Shown here: positions 1-11,424 of the stretch, piece after piece
Layout: each line of letters opens with the position of its first letter
Numbering within the stretch: position 1 is the first letter of the stretch
Virus record (IMG/VR): IMGVR_UViG_2923350032_000001
Location: 750 to 64,749 of that record
Direction: 5' to 3' (one strand)
From: a virus
Taxonomy: Duplodnaviria > Heunggongvirae > Uroviricota > Caudoviricetes
DNA length: 64,000 nt
Program-made: the position numbers and the translations under genes
The notes under the pieces: model-generated
What the model was told of the DNA's origin: nothing
Databases searched by the model: none
What the model saw: the letters and a program-made list of their open reading frames with translations, nothing else

Positions 1-1553
1 ATTGCGTGATTTCCTGAATACGCATGGGATGAAGAAACGCCTGCTGATTTTCAGCCGCACTTAGTTTTTTCTCGTCAGTTTCTGTCTCTAAAGACTTAAA
101 TTGTGGCCGCACATCGTTGTAGTCTACCTTGAATTTGAGCACTTTTTCGTCACGAATCGCATCGGTAATTACATACGAATGCAATTCACGACCAAATACG
201 CTGGCGGTTGTTTCTGAGCCTAAGGCGTTTTCCGGGAAAATAGGGGTACCGGTAAAACCAAACTGATAATAGCGTTTGAATTTCTTCTTCAGGTTTTTCT
301 GCGCTTCTCCAAACTGGCTGCGGTGGCATTCATCAAATATAAACACCACTTGCTGATTGTATACAGGCAGGTCGCTTTCTGCTTTCATCAGGTTATTAAG
401 TTTCTGAATAGTGGTGACGATAATTTGTTATCGTCCTTATCCAGATTTCGTTTAAGACCTGCGGTATTTTCCGAGCCGTTGACGCTGTCTGGCGAAAAAC
501 GCTGATATTCCTTCATGGTCTGGTAATCGAGGTCTTTCCTGTCGACCACGAAGAAGACTTTATCAATAAAGTCCAGTTCAGTTGCCAGACGCGCGGCTTT
601 AAAGCTGGTCAGTGTTTTACCGGAACCGGTGGTGTGCCAGATAAAGCCACCGCTTTCCGGTTTTGACCAGTTCTTCGCTGTAAAGGAACTCTTAATTTTC
701 CACAGAATGCGCTCGGTGGCGGCAATCTGGTACGGTCGCATCACCAGTAGCGTCTGACTACTGTCAAAAACGCTGTAGTTCACCAGAACATTCAGCAGAG
801 TATGTTTCTGGAAAAAGTAGCGGTAAAGTCTTTGAGGTCTTTAATCAGCGTGTTGTCTGATTTCGCCCAGTTCATGGTGAAGTCAAAACTGTTTTTATCG
901 CGCTTTGTCGTGTTGGCAAAATAACGGGTATCGGTGCCGTTAGAAATGACAAACAGTTGCAGATACTTAAACAGGGAATTTTCGCTGTTAAAACTCTCTT
1001 TACTGTAACGATGTATCTGGTTGAAAGCCTCACGAATCGCCACGCCGCGCTTTTTCAGTTCGATTTGCACCAGCGGCAAGCCATTAACCAGGATCGTGAC
1101 GTCATAACGGTTAGCGTGAGAGCCTGCCTGTTCAAATTGCTGGATAATCTGCACCTTATTGCGCATGAGATTCTTTTTATCTATCAAATAGATGTTCTCA
1201 AGTCGCTCGTCATCAAAAATAAAGTCGCAAATATAGTCGATATGGATTTTACGGGTCTTATCCAGAATGCCATCGCTCGGGTTGTCCAGATACTGCTCCG
1301 TGAAACGCCGCCATTCGCTGTCATTAAACACCACACCATTGAGGCTCTGAAGCTGTTCCCGAACATTGGCCAGCATCTCTGACTGAGATTTTACGGCTAT
1401 AAATTCATAGCCCTGATTTTGCAGGTCCTGAATCAGTTCACGTTCCAGGTCCGATTCGCTCTGGTAGCTGTCGCCTGTTGGTTCAGCTTTGATGTACTTA
1501 TCAAGAATGATAAAGTTATTGGATTCAGCAATGGTGTGTGTCTGATGAGTCAT
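1..1553 (-). pseudogene. hsdR: Type I restriction enzyme R subunit (HsdR), N-terminal nuclease domain plus helicase motifs I (GSGKT) and II (DECH); runs off window start; frame broken at two homopolymer runs
   Basis: ORFs 792-1553 and 388-783 plus unlisted frame 1-387 translate to contiguous HsdR-like sequence ([24 protein letters not shown]) only if single-base shifts near 811-815 and 413-420 are allowed. Confidence 0.7.
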
Positions 1554-1674
1554 AGCGCATCCTTTGTGCCGTTTGGCAAGGGCCGGAAGGGGGTTAATGG
1601 TGACTTCCAGCGTGTAAAAAATGGTCTATATACTGACCGGATGTTAAGGTGATCCGGTCGGTAGCAATGGTCAA

Positions 1675-2805
1675 TTAATTACTGACAGTTTCAGGTTTCG
1701 GGAAACTGAACAGTAAATCACGGTAGTATTCGTATTGTTTCTGGCGCAACTCGATTTCACGCGGGAGACCTTCAGTGATGGAGTTGGTCAGGGTGTCGAA
1801 TTTATCGAGTATTTCGACAATGCGAGCTTGTTCTTCTGAAGGTGGTACAGGTATTGGGAATTTTAAAAACATTGGTCGACGAAGTGAGGTAACCGATGAA
1901 CTTACTGATGCTTTTTGAATATAGGTAAAAAAATATGCTGTTATATAGTGATATACAAATCGCGGATTCATAAATGCATTTGGGACAATACGATATGCTC
2001 TCTGATGCAAAGCATATTTACCTTTAGCATAATGAAATACCTTCCCCACCCCGGCGCCATCTCCAGCCGTAATGATTGCTGTTTCATCAAAATCAAATAC
2101 ATTTAACTTTAATGGTTCACGTCCACGTGCATAAAAAATATATTTGCCATGTTCTATAGCATCTTGCGTATCATGGTTACCTGTTCCTATAACAGCCACT
2201 TCCCCCAAAGTCTTCCACTCAACCTCACCCTCTTTAAAACTCAACAACTGGTCGCGATAGTAATTGTACTGTTTTTTACGCATGTTAAGCTCAGCGGTAA
2301 GCTCAGCGGTAAGTGCAGTAAATTTATCCAGAATCCGAACGATTTCAGACTGGATGGCAAGGGATTTTTCTGGGGTATCCGGGCAGGGGATTGGTATCAA
2401 AATAGGTGATACATCACGTGGATAAACATGCGGAACACCACCACCACTCTTAAACTCATGGAGTTGTTGTTGCATATTCATCAAAAAATGATAGCAATAT
2501 CGTGGTAACAAAATATTATGAGGTTTTACAGTAAATGCATCCGATACGAAAATTGGTTCCTCCCACCAACTAACGAATCCCGCATACGCACCAGAACCTG
2601 CGATAACAATTGTTTGTCCGTCGCGATTACTAGTATTATGATAATAAGCTGGTGTACGTCCGCCAGCGACTACGGGGATGGTTCCATCAATAACATCTTT
2701 TTTTGTAATTGATGTGCCTCGCTTTAGTTCAGCTATACTGCCTAGTGTTTTCCACTCAACCTCAACCCCATCCAGCAATTTTTCCAGATAACTCATCTCG
2801 CTCAT
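1675..2805 (-). CDS. hsdS: Type I RM specificity subunit HsdS
   Basis: 376-aa ORF between hsdM and hsdR with two TRD-like halves and central conserved TAEL-TAEL repeat; overlaps hsdM stop. Confidence 0.9.
   Translation of the reverse strand: MSEMSYLEKLLDGVEVEWKTLGSIAELKRGTSITKKDVIDGTIPVVAGGRTPAYYHNTSNRDGQTIVIAGSGAYAGFVSWWEEPIFVSDAFTVKPHNILLPRYCYHFLMNMQQQLHEFKSGGGVPHVYPRDVSPILIPIPCPDTPEKSLAIQSEIVRILDKFTALTAELTAELNMRKKQYNYYRDQLLSFKEGEVEWKTLGEVAVIGTGNHDTQDAIEHGKYIFYARGREPLKLNVFDFDETAIITAGDGAGVGKVFHYAKGKYALHQRAYRIVPNAFMNPRFVYHYITAYFFTYIQKASVSSSVTSLRRPMFLKFPIPVPPSEEQARIVEILDKFDTLTNSITEGLPREIELRQKQYEYYRDLLFSFPKPETVSN
2289..2312. repeat. two tandem 12-bp units (GCTCAGCGGTAA) encoding TAEL-TAEL in the hsdS central region
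   Basis: direct repeat read in sequence; a degenerate third unit follows. Confidence 0.8.
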
Positions 2806-4364
2806 TTCTGCACCTCGCAGCCTTCAATTTCAGCCACAATCGCATCAATATCTTTGCGCAACTGGTCGATTTTGCTGACCGTGATTTTCAGCTCTGCATT
2901 CAACTCAGCGATATCGATAATTTCGCGAGTATCTTTCGCTTCAACATAGCTGCTCACCGACAGGTTATAGTCATTAGCGACAACGGCTTCAAACGCGACA
3001 GATTTCGCCAGATGGGCAACATCTTCCTTGCTGGCAAATACCTGCATAATCTGTTCGATATGAGCATCGGTCAGAATGTTGTTGTTAGTCTCTTTTTTGA
3101 ACAGTTCGCTGGCATCAATAAACTGAACTTTGGTATCCGTTTTATGTTTAGACAGCACCAGAATATTGACGGCAATAGTGGTGCCAAAGAACAGATTCGG
3201 TGCCAGTGAAATCACGGTTTCGACATAGTTATTATCAACCAGATACTGACGGATTTTCTGCTCCGCGCCGCCACGGTAAAAAATACCCGGGAAGCAAACA
3301 ATCGCAGCACGACCTTTGGCAGAAAGATAGTTCAGCGCATGTAGTACAAAGGCGAAGTCAGCTTTTGATTTGGGGGCCAGAACGCCAGCCGGGGCAAAAC
3401 GCTCATCGTTAATCAGAGTCGGGTCATCGCTGCCAATCCATTTCACCGAATACGGCGGGTTAGAAACGATGGCATCAAACGGTTTTTCATCTCTGAAGTG
3501 CGGTTCAGTCAGCGTATTGCCCAGCTTGATATCAAACTTGTCGTAGTTGATGTTGTGCAAAAACATGTTCATACGCGCCAGGTTATAGGTCGTATGGTTG
3601 ATTTCCTGACCAAAAAAACCTTCTTCGATGATATGGTCATCAAACTGTTTTTTAGCCTGCAACAACAGCGAACCGGAGCCTGCTGCCGGGTCGTAGATTT
3701 TGTTAACGTGGGTCTGCCCGTGCATAGCCAGTTGTGCAATCAGCTTAGAGACGTGCTGCGGTGTAAAGAACTCGCCGCCTGACTTACCGGCATTCGCCGC
3801 ATAGTTAGAAATCAGGAACTCATAGGCGTCACCGAACAGGTCAATCTGATGTTCGTGGAAGTCACCAAGTTTTAGCCCTTCAACCCCTTTCAGAACTGCA
3901 GCCAGGCGGGCATTTTTATCTTTAACGGTGTTACCCAGGCGGTTACTGGTAGTATCGAAATCAGCAAACAAACCTTTGATGTCAGCTTCTGAAGGGTAAC
4001 CGTAAGCAGAACTTTCGATAGCAACGAAGATGCTGTTTAAATCCGCATTCAGTCTGTCATTGGTATTTGCTTTCGCAGCTACGTTGCAGAAAAGCTGACT
4101 GGGGTAGATGAAGTAACCTTTGGTTTTGATGGCATCGTCTTTAATGTCATCAGTAATTACGCTGTCATCCAGTTTCGCATAACAGATACTGTCATCACCG
4201 GCTTCAATATAGCTGGAAAAATTTTCGCTGATAAAACGGTAAAAAAGCGCGCCCAAAACGTACTGCTTAAAATCCCATCCATCGACTGAACCCCTGACAT
4301 CGTTAGCAATTTGCCAGATTTGACGATGAAGCTCTGCACGTTGTTGAATACTTGTCATTTTCAT
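2802..4364 (-). CDS. hsdM: Type I RM N6-adenine DNA methyltransferase HsdM
   Basis: 520-aa ORF with NPPY catalytic motif ([10 protein letters not shown]) and AdoMet-binding region ([10 protein letters not shown]). Confidence 0.92.
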   Translation of the reverse strand: MKMTSIQQRAELHRQIWQIANDVRGSVDGWDFKQYVLGALFYRFISENFSSYIEAGDDSICYAKLDDSVITDDIKDDAIKTKGYFIYPSQLFCNVAAKANTNDRLNADLNSIFVAIESSAYGYPSEADIKGLFADFDTTSNRLGNTVKDKNARLAAVLKGVEGLKLGDFHEHQIDLFGDAYEFLISNYAANAGKSGGEFFTPQHVSKLIAQLAMHGQTHVNKIYDPAAGSGSLLLQAKKQFDDHIIEEGFFGQEINHTTYNLARMNMFLHNINYDKFDIKLGNTLTEPHFRDEKPFDAIVSNPPYSVKWIGSDDPTLINDERFAPAGVLAPKSKADFAFVLHALNYLSAKGRAAIVCFPGIFYRGGAEQKIRQYLVDNNYVETVISLAPNLFFGTTIAVNILVLSKHKTDTKVQFIDASELFKKETNNNILTDAHIEQIMQVFASKEDVAHLAKSVAFEAVVANDYNLSVSSYVEAKDTREIIDIAELNAELKITVSKIDQLRKDIDAIVAEIEGCEVQK

Positions 4365-4540
4365 CCACTTATTTCAGGTTTATGTAATTGGCGGTGATTC
4401 TACAGCAACTTGGATGCTTTAGCAGTTCGGACATTAGGCTACGAATGACCTGCCTAGAGGTTTGTTAAGCCGCAAAGTGCTGGTGCTTTATGTCTGTGAA
4501 GTTTATAATTGTGTACACATAACGAGTACACGAGGTGTTT

Positions 4541-4762
4541 ATGCAATCCATTAACTTCCGTACCGCGCGCGGCAACCTTTCTGAAGTGCTCAACAATGTT
4601 GAGGCCGGGGAAGAGGTTGAAATCACCCGCAGAGGCCGTGAGCCAGCAGTAATTGTCAGCAAGGCTACTTTCGAAGCCTACAAAAAAGCGGCGCTGGATG
4701 CTGAATTTGCATCCCTGTTTGACACCCTGGACTCCACCAACAAGGAACTGGTTAACCGATAA
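4541..4762 (+). CDS. phd: Phd antitoxin (prevent host death)
   Basis: 73-aa product [32 protein letters not shown]... recognised as P1 Phd; stop overlaps doc start. Confidence 0.95.
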   Translation: MQSINFRTARGNLSEVLNNVEAGEEVEITRRGREPAVIVSKATFEAYKKAALDAEFASLFDTLDSTNKELVNR

Positions 4763-5142
4763 TGAGGCATATATCACCGGAAGAACTTATTGCGCTTCAT
4801 GATGCGAATATAAACCGCTACGGCGGCCTGCCGGGAATGTCTGATCCGGGTAGGGCAGAGGCCATTATCGGGAGAGTTCAGGCCAGAGTTGCCTACGAAG
4901 AGATCACCGACCTTTTCGAAGTCTCCGCCACCTACCTGGTGGCTACAGCGAGAGGGCATATATTCAATGATGCCAATAAGCGTACCGCGCTAAACAGTGC
5001 GCTGTTATTTCTACGCCGTAACGGGGTGCAGGTATTTGATTCACCTGAACTGGCAGACCTTACCGTAGGGGCTGCGACCGGAGAGATATCTGTATCTTCT
5101 GTCGCCGCCACGTTACGTAGATTGTATGGTTCTGCGGAGTAG
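4762..5142 (+). CDS. doc: Doc toxin (death on curing, Fic-fold kinase)
   Basis: 126-aa product [25 protein letters not shown]... recognised as P1 Doc. Confidence 0.95.
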
Positions 5143-5146
5143 ATTA

Positions 5147-5326
5147 ATGGCACGCAAATACAACAAATTGTCCCGTGAAGCGTTAAAGATGCTTCTTGAT
5201 GGCGTGAGTCGCCGCAAGGTAAAGCAATACCTGGTTGGTAAGCAAATTGGTGCTAGGACCGCTATTGCTGTGTTATGCCGTCAGGAAATGGTTGTGCTTA
5301 AACAGAGAATGCCGGGCAGCAGATAA
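5147..5326 (+). CDS. hypothetical small basic protein downstream of doc
   Basis: ORF 5126-5326, internal ATG at 5147; position matches the P1 post-doc region. Confidence 0.25.
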   Translation: MARKYNKLSREALKMLLDGVSRRKVKQYLVGKQIGARTAIAVLCRQEMVVLKQRMPGSR

Positions 5327-5353
5327 AGCCCAATCAGTGATGAAAGGTGTGAT

Positions 5354-6397
5354 GTGAAAGCCATTATTACTCCCTTTGTACAAAAAGAGCTTGGCGTCGC
5401 CACATTCAAAGTGGATCAGGAAGTCAGAAAGCTGGTGGAGGCTGGCCGTAAATTTATTATGGAGCCGGTGCCGCGTGAGTTAATCGAGCACATGGACGAC
5501 GGCCTCGTTGTTTCCGAGCAAACTATGGCAACAAATGAGGCGTTGCAGCCGTTTTTTAACAGCGATGAACTGTTTCGCCGTATTGGTGGAATTGACTCGC
5601 TGGTGGCGTGGTTGCGCAGGAAAGAGGGGCAATGCCAGGCCGCAGATCGTAGTTGGTGTGACAACCATATTGTCCACGCTAAACGAGACAATAGCGCGGT
5701 GTTGCTGTGCTGGCATCACGATAACCATTACCGGATGCGTGGTTTTAATGAGCTGAAAGAAACGCTGCATAATAATCGCGTTAACTGGATACTGGATGTC
5801 GCCCGTCAGGAAATGGGCCTTTCAAATAGCCATGATTTAAGTATTCAGGAGCTGTGCTGGTGGGCTTTCATGCGCAACATGATGCACCTGATGCCGGAAG
5901 AAGTCTGCCGCATATCAATAAATAAGATGAAGGCTGCTCCGCAGGATAGCGGACCTTTGAAAGAGGCGGATATTCGCCCGTATGACGATCGTGCTACAGC
6001 ATATGTTCAGATGATGGAAGAACGCGCCGCGCCGATGCGTGCAAAAGTATGCCCTGTGGATGTTGACTCCGACCCTGGCACGGCGCATTTCAAAATACCA
6101 AAACTGCAATCGCTAAAATTACCCGAGTACATGGACTTTGTTGCTTCCCGTCCGTGCTGTGGATGTGGAGCTGCGGGAGCTGGCGCTCGCATTACGCCTT
6201 ATATCGTTCGTCATAGTCGATTATGCGCGCATGACATTTACGCAATTCCTCTGTGCCAGTCATGCCAGCGTGATATTGAGCGTGACCGCGATAATTGGGA
6301 GAAGACGCACGGCAGGCTGGCGATGCATCAACGATTGTTCTTTGATTACGCGCTTGGAGTCGGCGCTATCACAAGTCACTCGTCGAGCGTTAGATAA
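5354..6397 (+). CDS. hypothetical protein, post-doc region, Cys-rich C-terminus
   Basis: 347-aa ORF with GTG start; position equivalent to pdcB in P1 gene order. Confidence 0.5.
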   Translation: MKAIITPFVQKELGVATFKVDQEVRKLVEAGRKFIMEPVPRELIEHMDDGLVVSEQTMATNEALQPFFNSDELFRRIGGIDSLVAWLRRKEGQCQAADRSWCDNHIVHAKRDNSAVLLCWHHDNHYRMRGFNELKETLHNNRVNWILDVARQEMGLSNSHDLSIQELCWWAFMRNMMHLMPEEVCRISINKMKAAPQDSGPLKEADIRPYDDRATAYVQMMEERAAPMRAKVCPVDVDSDPGTAHFKIPKLQSLKLPEYMDFVASRPCCGCGAAGAGARITPYIVRHSRLCAHDIYAIPLCQSCQRDIERDRDNWEKTHGRLAMHQRLFFDYALGVGAITSHSSSVR

Positions 6398-6398
6398 A

Positions 6399-6415
6399 AT
6401 TGCTCTAATGTATTG
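6399..6415 (+). promoter_or_regulatory. C1 operator (ATTGCTCTAATgtaTTg) upstream of lpa
   Basis: match to the 17-bp asymmetric P1 C1 operator consensus ATTGCTCTAATAAATTT. Confidence 0.6.
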
Positions 6416-6485
6416 CTATTTCTTTAATCGAGGGTATTATATTCGTCGTTGATTAGTTGACATGGGCTAATCAGTAGGTGACAGG

Positions 6486-6938
6486 ATGTTACTTAACTGG
6501 CAGGGACGCCACTTCATGGAAATAAATCACTCACGAATTACATCGTATGAGATTGCGGATTACATGATTCGCACTAAATCTCTTCTATCAGCGAAAGAAC
6601 TCGCAGCAATCCTTGAAAAGGAATACCCGCATCTGGATGTCGATAAGCGCGATGTTTATCTGCGCTTAAAGGCTATCGCTGTGTCTAAGTATTCGTCTGT
6701 TTTGATTGATGACAGTACACGCCCACGTAGATTTCAGATCCACTCTCTGAATCCTGAATTCTTTCGCCGTAGCCGCGCTCCGCGCCGGTTTGATGAAAAA
6801 CTCCAGAACGAACTCTATATGACGCAGGACGAAAAGGAACGCCGGGAGCACCAGCCTTGGGTAATGGCGCGTCAACTTTTCAATAAGGTGGCCCGTCAGC
6901 ACCGTCATTACGGTAATGCCACATCCGCACGTATCTGA
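6486..6938 (+). CDS. lpa: late promoter activator Lpa-like protein (true start may be the internal Met at about 6516)
   Basis: 150-aa ORF directly upstream of pacA and downstream of a C1 operator, as in P1. Confidence 0.55.
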   Translation: MLLNWQGRHFMEINHSRITSYEIADYMIRTKSLLSAKELAAILEKEYPHLDVDKRDVYLRLKAIAVSKYSSVLIDDSTRPRRFQIHSLNPEFFRRSRAPRRFDEKLQNELYMTQDEKERREHQPWVMARQLFNKVARQHRHYGNATSARI

Positions 6939-7023
6939 TTGATTGCTTGCCCGTTCCGGGCCTTTTGACATGTGACTTTCGTTACCCTCGCGTCAAAAAG
7001 AGTTTTTACGAAAGGAAGCATAA

Positions 7024-8217
7024 GTGACCTGGGACGATCACAAGAAGAATTTTGCTCGCCTGGCGCGAGATGGTGGTTACACCATCGCACAGTATGCCGC
7101 CGAGTTTAATCTTAACCCTAATACCGCACGTCGTTATCTCCGTGCCTTCAAAGAAGACTCCAGGACTGCGGACAGCCGCAAGCCAAATAAGCCAGTCAGG
7201 AAGCCACTAAAAAGCATGATCATTGATCACTCTAATGATCAACATGCAGGTGATCATATTGCGGCTGAAATAGCGGAAAAACAGAGAGTTAATGCCGTTA
7301 TCAGTGCCGCAGTCGAGAATGCGAAGCGCCAAAATAAGCGCATAAATGATCGTTCAGATGATCATGACGTGATCACCCGCGCCCACCGGACCTTACGTGA
7401 TCGCCTGGAACGCGACACCCTGGATGATGATGGTGAACGCTTTGAATTCGAAGCTGGCGATTACCTGATAGATAACGTTGAAGCGCGGAAGGCCGCGCGC
7501 GCTATGTTGCGTCGGTCCGGGGCCGATGTTCTGGAAACCACTCTTCTTGAAAAGTCTCTTTCTCATCTCCTTATGCTGGAGAACGCCAGGGATACGTGTA
7601 TTCGCCTGGTGCAGGAAATGCGCGATCAGCAAAAAGACGATGATGAAGGTACTCCGCCTGAATACCGTATCGCGAGCATGCTAAACAGCTGTTCCGCGCA
7701 GATAAGCAGCCTGATCAACACCATTTACAGCATCCGGAATAACTATCGAAAAGAAAGCCGGGAGGCGGAAAAGCACGCTTTGTCTATGGGGCAAGCTGGC
7801 ATTGTTAAGCTGGCATACGAACGAAAGCGTGAAAATAACTGGTCAGTGCTGGAAGCAGCTGAATTCATCGAGGCGCATGGCGGGAAAGTGCCGCCCCTGA
7901 TGCTGGAGCAAATCAAAGCCGATCTGCGTGCTCCTAAGACCAATACCGATGATGAGGAAAGGCAAACAGCCGTCGGTGGCCCTTCTCTTGAAGATCTGGA
8001 CAAAGTTGCGCGAGAACGGGCCGCCAACCGCCGCGCCGATGCCGCATTGTGGATTGAGCAGCGTAGGGAAGAAATCGCCGATATCGTTGATACAGGCGGT
8101 TATGGAGATGTTGATACTGAAGGTGTATCAAACGACCCATGGCTGGAACAAGACCTGGACGAAGACGAGGAGGAAGACGAAGAAGTTACCCGCAAGCTAT
8201 ACGGGGATGATGATTAA
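7024..8217 (+). CDS. pacA: terminase small subunit / pac-recognition protein PacA
   Basis: 397-aa ORF with GTG start; contains the pac site; acidic C-terminus; recognised as P1 PacA. Confidence 0.92.
   Translation: MTWDDHKKNFARLARDGGYTIAQYAAEFNLNPNTARRYLRAFKEDSRTADSRKPNKPVRKPLKSMIIDHSNDQHAGDHIAAEIAEKQRVNAVISAAVENAKRQNKRINDRSDDHDVITRAHRTLRDRLERDTLDDDGERFEFEAGDYLIDNVEARKAARAMLRRSGADVLETTLLEKSLSHLLMLENARDTCIRLVQEMRDQQKDDDEGTPPEYRIASMLNSCSAQISSLINTIYSIRNNYRKESREAEKHALSMGQAGIVKLAYERKRENNWSVLEAAEFIEAHGGKVPPLMLEQIKADLRAPKTNTDDEERQTAVGGPSLEDLDKVARERAANRRADAALWIEQRREEIADIVDTGGYGDVDTEGVSNDPWLEQDLDEDEEEDEEVTRKLYGDDD
7208..7375. other. P1-type pac packaging site: four TGATCA hexamers (7208-7247) and three TGATCR hexamers (7347-7375) flanking the cleavage region
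   Basis: hexamers with embedded GATC Dam sites read directly in sequence inside pacA. Confidence 0.9.
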
Positions 8218-9701
8218 TGGCCAGAAGTTGCGTAACGGATCCACGTTGGCGCGAGCTGGTGGCGCTATATCGTTATGACTGGATTGCTGCCGCTGATGTT
8301 TTGTTCGGCAAAACACCTACCTGGCAGCAGGATCTGATTATTGAGTCTGTGCAGGAACAGGGTAGCAAGACATCTGTTTCGTCTGGTCACGGTACCGGGA
8401 AATCAGACATGACTTCTATCATGATCATGTTGTTCATAATCATGTATCCCGGTGCCCGCGCCATTATCGTTGCGAACAAAATTCAGCAGGTAATGACCGG
8501 TATATTCAAGTACATCAAGATAAACTGGGCTACTGCCACCAGCCGTTTCCCATGGCTTGCTGATTATTTTGTTCTGACAGAAACCGCTTTCTATGAGGTT
8601 ACAGGTAAAGGTGTATGGACTGTAGTACCGAAGGGCTTTCGTCTGGGAAGTGAAGAAGCTCTCGCCGGTGAACACGCAGATCATCTTCTGTATATTATCG
8701 ATGAAGCCTCCGGTGTCAGTGATAGAGCTTTCGGTATCATCACCGGTGCTCTTACCGGACAGGATAACCGCATCTTATTACTGTCACAGCCTACACGCCC
8801 AAGCGGCTATTTCTACGATACACACCATAAACTGGCCAAGCGTCCTGGTAACCCTGATGGCGTTTATACGGCGATCACGCTTAACAGTGAGGAATCACCG
8901 TTGGTAACGCCAGCATTTATCAAAATGAAGCTGGCGGAGTACGGCGGGCGTGATAACCCTATGTACATGATTAAGGTACGCGGCCTATTCCCTAAATCAC
9001 AGGATGGCTTCCTTCTTGGACGTGATGAGGTTGAACGTGCAACGCGGCGGAAAGTCAAGATTGCCAAAGGATGGGGCTGGCTTGCATGTGTGGACGTTGC
9101 TGGTGGTACGGGACGGGATAAGTCCGTTATCAATATCATGATGGTGTCCGGCCAGCGAAATAAACGCCGTGTAATCAACTATCGAATGCTGGAATACACA
9201 GACGTTACAGAAACGCAGCTTGCCGCCAAAATTTTCGCAGAATGTAATCCTGAGCGATTCCCAAATATCACCATAGCGATAGACGGCGATGGGCTGGGTA
9301 AAGCAACGGCGGATCTGATGTACGAGTATTATGGTATTACCGTACAGCGTATACGCTGGGGTAAAAAGATGCATAGCCGTGAAGATAAGAGCCTGTACTT
9401 TGATAAACGTGCTTATGCCAACGTTCAAGCCGCAGAGGCCGTAAAATCTGGTCGTATGAGACTGGATAAGGGTAATGAAACTATTGAGGAAGCGTCGAAA
9501 ATCCCTGTAGGGATTAACTCCGCAGGTCAATGGAAGGTGATGAGTAAGGAGGATATGAAGAAAAAACTCAACCTGCACTCACCAGACCATTGGGATACAT
9601 ATTGTTTCGCTATGCTGGCGGATTATGTTCCCCAGGATGAAGTGCTTAGCGTCGAAGACGAAGCGCAGGTTGATGAAGCTCTGGCATGGCTTAATGAATG
9701 A
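8217..9701 (+). CDS. pacB: terminase large subunit PacB
   Basis: 494-aa ORF overlapping pacA stop; recognised as P1 PacB. Confidence 0.92.
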   Translation: MARSCVTDPRWRELVALYRYDWIAAADVLFGKTPTWQQDLIIESVQEQGSKTSVSSGHGTGKSDMTSIMIMLFIIMYPGARAIIVANKIQQVMTGIFKYIKINWATATSRFPWLADYFVLTETAFYEVTGKGVWTVVPKGFRLGSEEALAGEHADHLLYIIDEASGVSDRAFGIITGALTGQDNRILLLSQPTRPSGYFYDTHHKLAKRPGNPDGVYTAITLNSEESPLVTPAFIKMKLAEYGGRDNPMYMIKVRGLFPKSQDGFLLGRDEVERATRRKVKIAKGWGWLACVDVAGGTGRDKSVINIMMVSGQRNKRRVINYRMLEYTDVTETQLAAKIFAECNPERFPNITIAIDGDGLGKATADLMYEYYGITVQRIRWGKKMHSREDKSLYFDKRAYANVQAAEAVKSGRMRLDKGNETIEEASKIPVGINSAGQWKVMSKEDMKKKLNLHSPDHWDTYCFAMLADYVPQDEVLSVEDEAQVDEALAWLNE

Positions 9702-9703
9702 AT

Positions 9704-9720
9704 ATTTGCTCTAATAAATT
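9704..9720 (+). promoter_or_regulatory. C1 operator (ATTTGCTCTAATAAATT) heading the c4-icd-ant-like module
   Basis: consensus match immediately after pacB stop. Confidence 0.65.
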
Positions 9721-9789
9721 GTGTTTTTTAACTGCCGATGTTACATTGAACCTGACCTCTTGCGCCTTGAGGCATTTTCGGTTTATGCT

Positions 9790-9885
9790 TATCAGGCACC
9801 TCATTAAAACGGGTGCCGGGATTGAGACCCCGGATAATGCAAAAGGCGACACAGACGCCAAAAGCGTCTTTTTTTTGTGTCATGC
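9790..9885 (+). ncRNA. candidate c4-like antisense immunity RNA ending at hairpin GACGCcaaaaGCGTC + T-run
   Basis: structured untranslated leader between operator and icd-like ORF; terminator-like hairpin at 9862-9885; segments complementary to sequence near the icd RBS. Confidence 0.3.
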
Positions 9886-10061
9886 CATCGCACAGCCATA
9901 CGTAGCGTTTAGCTCAGAGATCAATGGTAGTGCTGGCTGGGCTGCCGAAAGGCAGGCCGGTTCCCTTTTGCGCCGGTAGTCTCAACCCAGTCAGTGCTAC
10001 CGCCATTGAGATTGAGACCTCACGCGGTAGCTCCTTAAATTAGCAAAAGGAGGCTGCCATT

Positions 10062-10283
10062 GTGGCTACTATCCCTACCCCTGCTCATCCTGAATTTATC
10101 TGGCGCTTTTACTCCTGCCAAAAACGTCACTATCACTTCGTTATTGCACCGACAGAAGATGAGGCACGTTCTCAGCTTCCTGACGCCCCATGTATTTTCT
10201 CTGCCCGTTTTTCCACTGATTCACGCAATTCTCTCAGTTACTGGTGCCTCCCTGTTAACGCTTCTGCTCAGGAGGGACTATGA
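10062..10283 (+). CDS. icd: Icd-like protein (interference with cell division)
   Basis: 73-aa ORF (EFIWRFYSCQKRHYHFVIAPTEDEARSQLPD...) overlapping start of downstream ant-like gene; paralog of ORF 23512-23733. Confidence 0.7.
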   Translation: MATIPTPAHPEFIWRFYSCQKRHYHFVIAPTEDEARSQLPDAPCIFSARFSTDSRNSLSYWCLPVNASAQEGL

Positions 10284-11392
10284 GAACATCGTTAGTTACC
10301 CGTGAAGAGATGATCGAGGCAATTGAACAGCACACTGCCTGTATCAGTACCAGGGATATACCTGGCGTTATTGCCAACTACTTCATGATCACCAAACAAC
10401 TTTACCGGAGAAAGGACAAGAACGCGGTTCACCGTATCCTGCTGTCTGATATCCGCGAATACCTGCTCGAACAGGGGCATCTGAATTACGCAACCGTCGC
10501 AGCCGAAGCACGCAAGGAGGCACACAGAATGAAAGCAACTAACGTTAAATCAGAAAAAATTTATGCACCTTCAGTTCAGGAATCGGAACTGGTGGTTGTT
10601 CAGAATCAGCCGGATGAAATTCCCGTTCTGGAATGGCAGGGAGTACGTGTCGTGACAACCGAAACTCTTGCTAGAGGGTATGGGGTCGATGAAGCCAATA
10701 TTCGCAACAATTTGTCTCGCAACCTTGACCGCTTTGAAGAAGGTAAGCATTACTTTCTTCTAACAGGTTTAAAATTAAGAGAATTTAAGAACAGAGTAAC
10801 CGGAAGTTACTCTGTTGGTAAGAACGCCAGAAGCCTTACACTCTGGACAGAGCGCGGCGCTGCACGCATGTCTAAGATCGTGGACACAAATGAAGCATGG
10901 GCATTCTTTGAAAAACTGGAAGACAGCTACTTCCGACAAAAAGAACAGCAACCGATCGCAATCCCCCAGACGCTTCCTGAAGCCCTACGCCTGGCTGCCG
11001 AACTGGCTGAACAAAAGCAGCTTCTGGAACAGAAAGCCCACCAGCTAAATCAGCAGCTGGTGGCCGCCGCTCCTAAGGTCGATTTTGCCGACCGGGTATC
11101 AGTAGCTAAAGGGATCCTGATTGGGAATTTTGCAAAGGTTGTTGGACTTAAGCAAAACGCGCTGTTTGCCTGGTTACGGGAGAACGGCATTCTGATAGCG
11201 TCCGGCGGGCGTAAAAATGTGCCGTTCCAGCAGTACATAAACGCCGGATATTTCACAGTGAAAGAAGTGGTGCTGGATGATGAAGATGGCTACCAGATAC
11301 GGCTGACGCCCCAATTAACGGGGAAAGGACAACAGTGGTTGACGCGTAAACTGCTCGATGCTGGCTTGTTAAAACCGGTGGCGGCTGAATAA
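10280..11392 (+). CDS. antirepressor-like protein with Bro-N-like middle region and KilA-C/ANT-type C-terminal domain
   Basis: 370-aa ORF; C-terminal 130 aa closely parallel the C-terminus of KilA (25415-26215). Confidence 0.7.
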   Translation: MRTSLVTREEMIEAIEQHTACISTRDIPGVIANYFMITKQLYRRKDKNAVHRILLSDIREYLLEQGHLNYATVAAEARKEAHRMKATNVKSEKIYAPSVQESELVVVQNQPDEIPVLEWQGVRVVTTETLARGYGVDEANIRNNLSRNLDRFEEGKHYFLLTGLKLREFKNRVTGSYSVGKNARSLTLWTERGAARMSKIVDTNEAWAFFEKLEDSYFRQKEQQPIAIPQTLPEALRLAAELAEQKQLLEQKAHQLNQQLVAAAPKVDFADRVSVAKGILIGNFAKVVGLKQNALFAWLRENGILIASGGRKNVPFQQYINAGYFTVKEVVLDDEDGYQIRLTPQLTGKGQQWLTRKLLDAGLLKPVAAE

Positions 11393-11424
11393 TGGAAGAA
11401 TGCCCGGTTGATGCCGGGCATAAT

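Noticed and set aside
957-1652. Plus-strand ORFs 957-1382, 1419-1652 and minus ORF 1184-1366 inside the hsdR region
   Set aside because: They overlap the HsdR coding frame on the opposite strand or in another frame; no independent support
2709-4339. Plus-strand ORFs 2709-3209, 3200-3412, 3498-3782 and minus ORF 4157-4339 inside hsdM/hsdS
   Set aside because: Antisense or out-of-frame to strongly supported methyltransferase and specificity genes
4454-4959. Minus-strand ORFs 4454-4777, 4465-4662 and 4774-4959 overlapping phd and doc
   Set aside because: Antisense to the well-supported phd-doc operon
7208-7375. Possible CRISPR-like repeat array
   Set aside because: The TGATCA hexamers are the pac site; likewise the iterons (38583-39890) and the hexamer tract (22548-22614) lack repeat-spacer architecture and no cas genes are present
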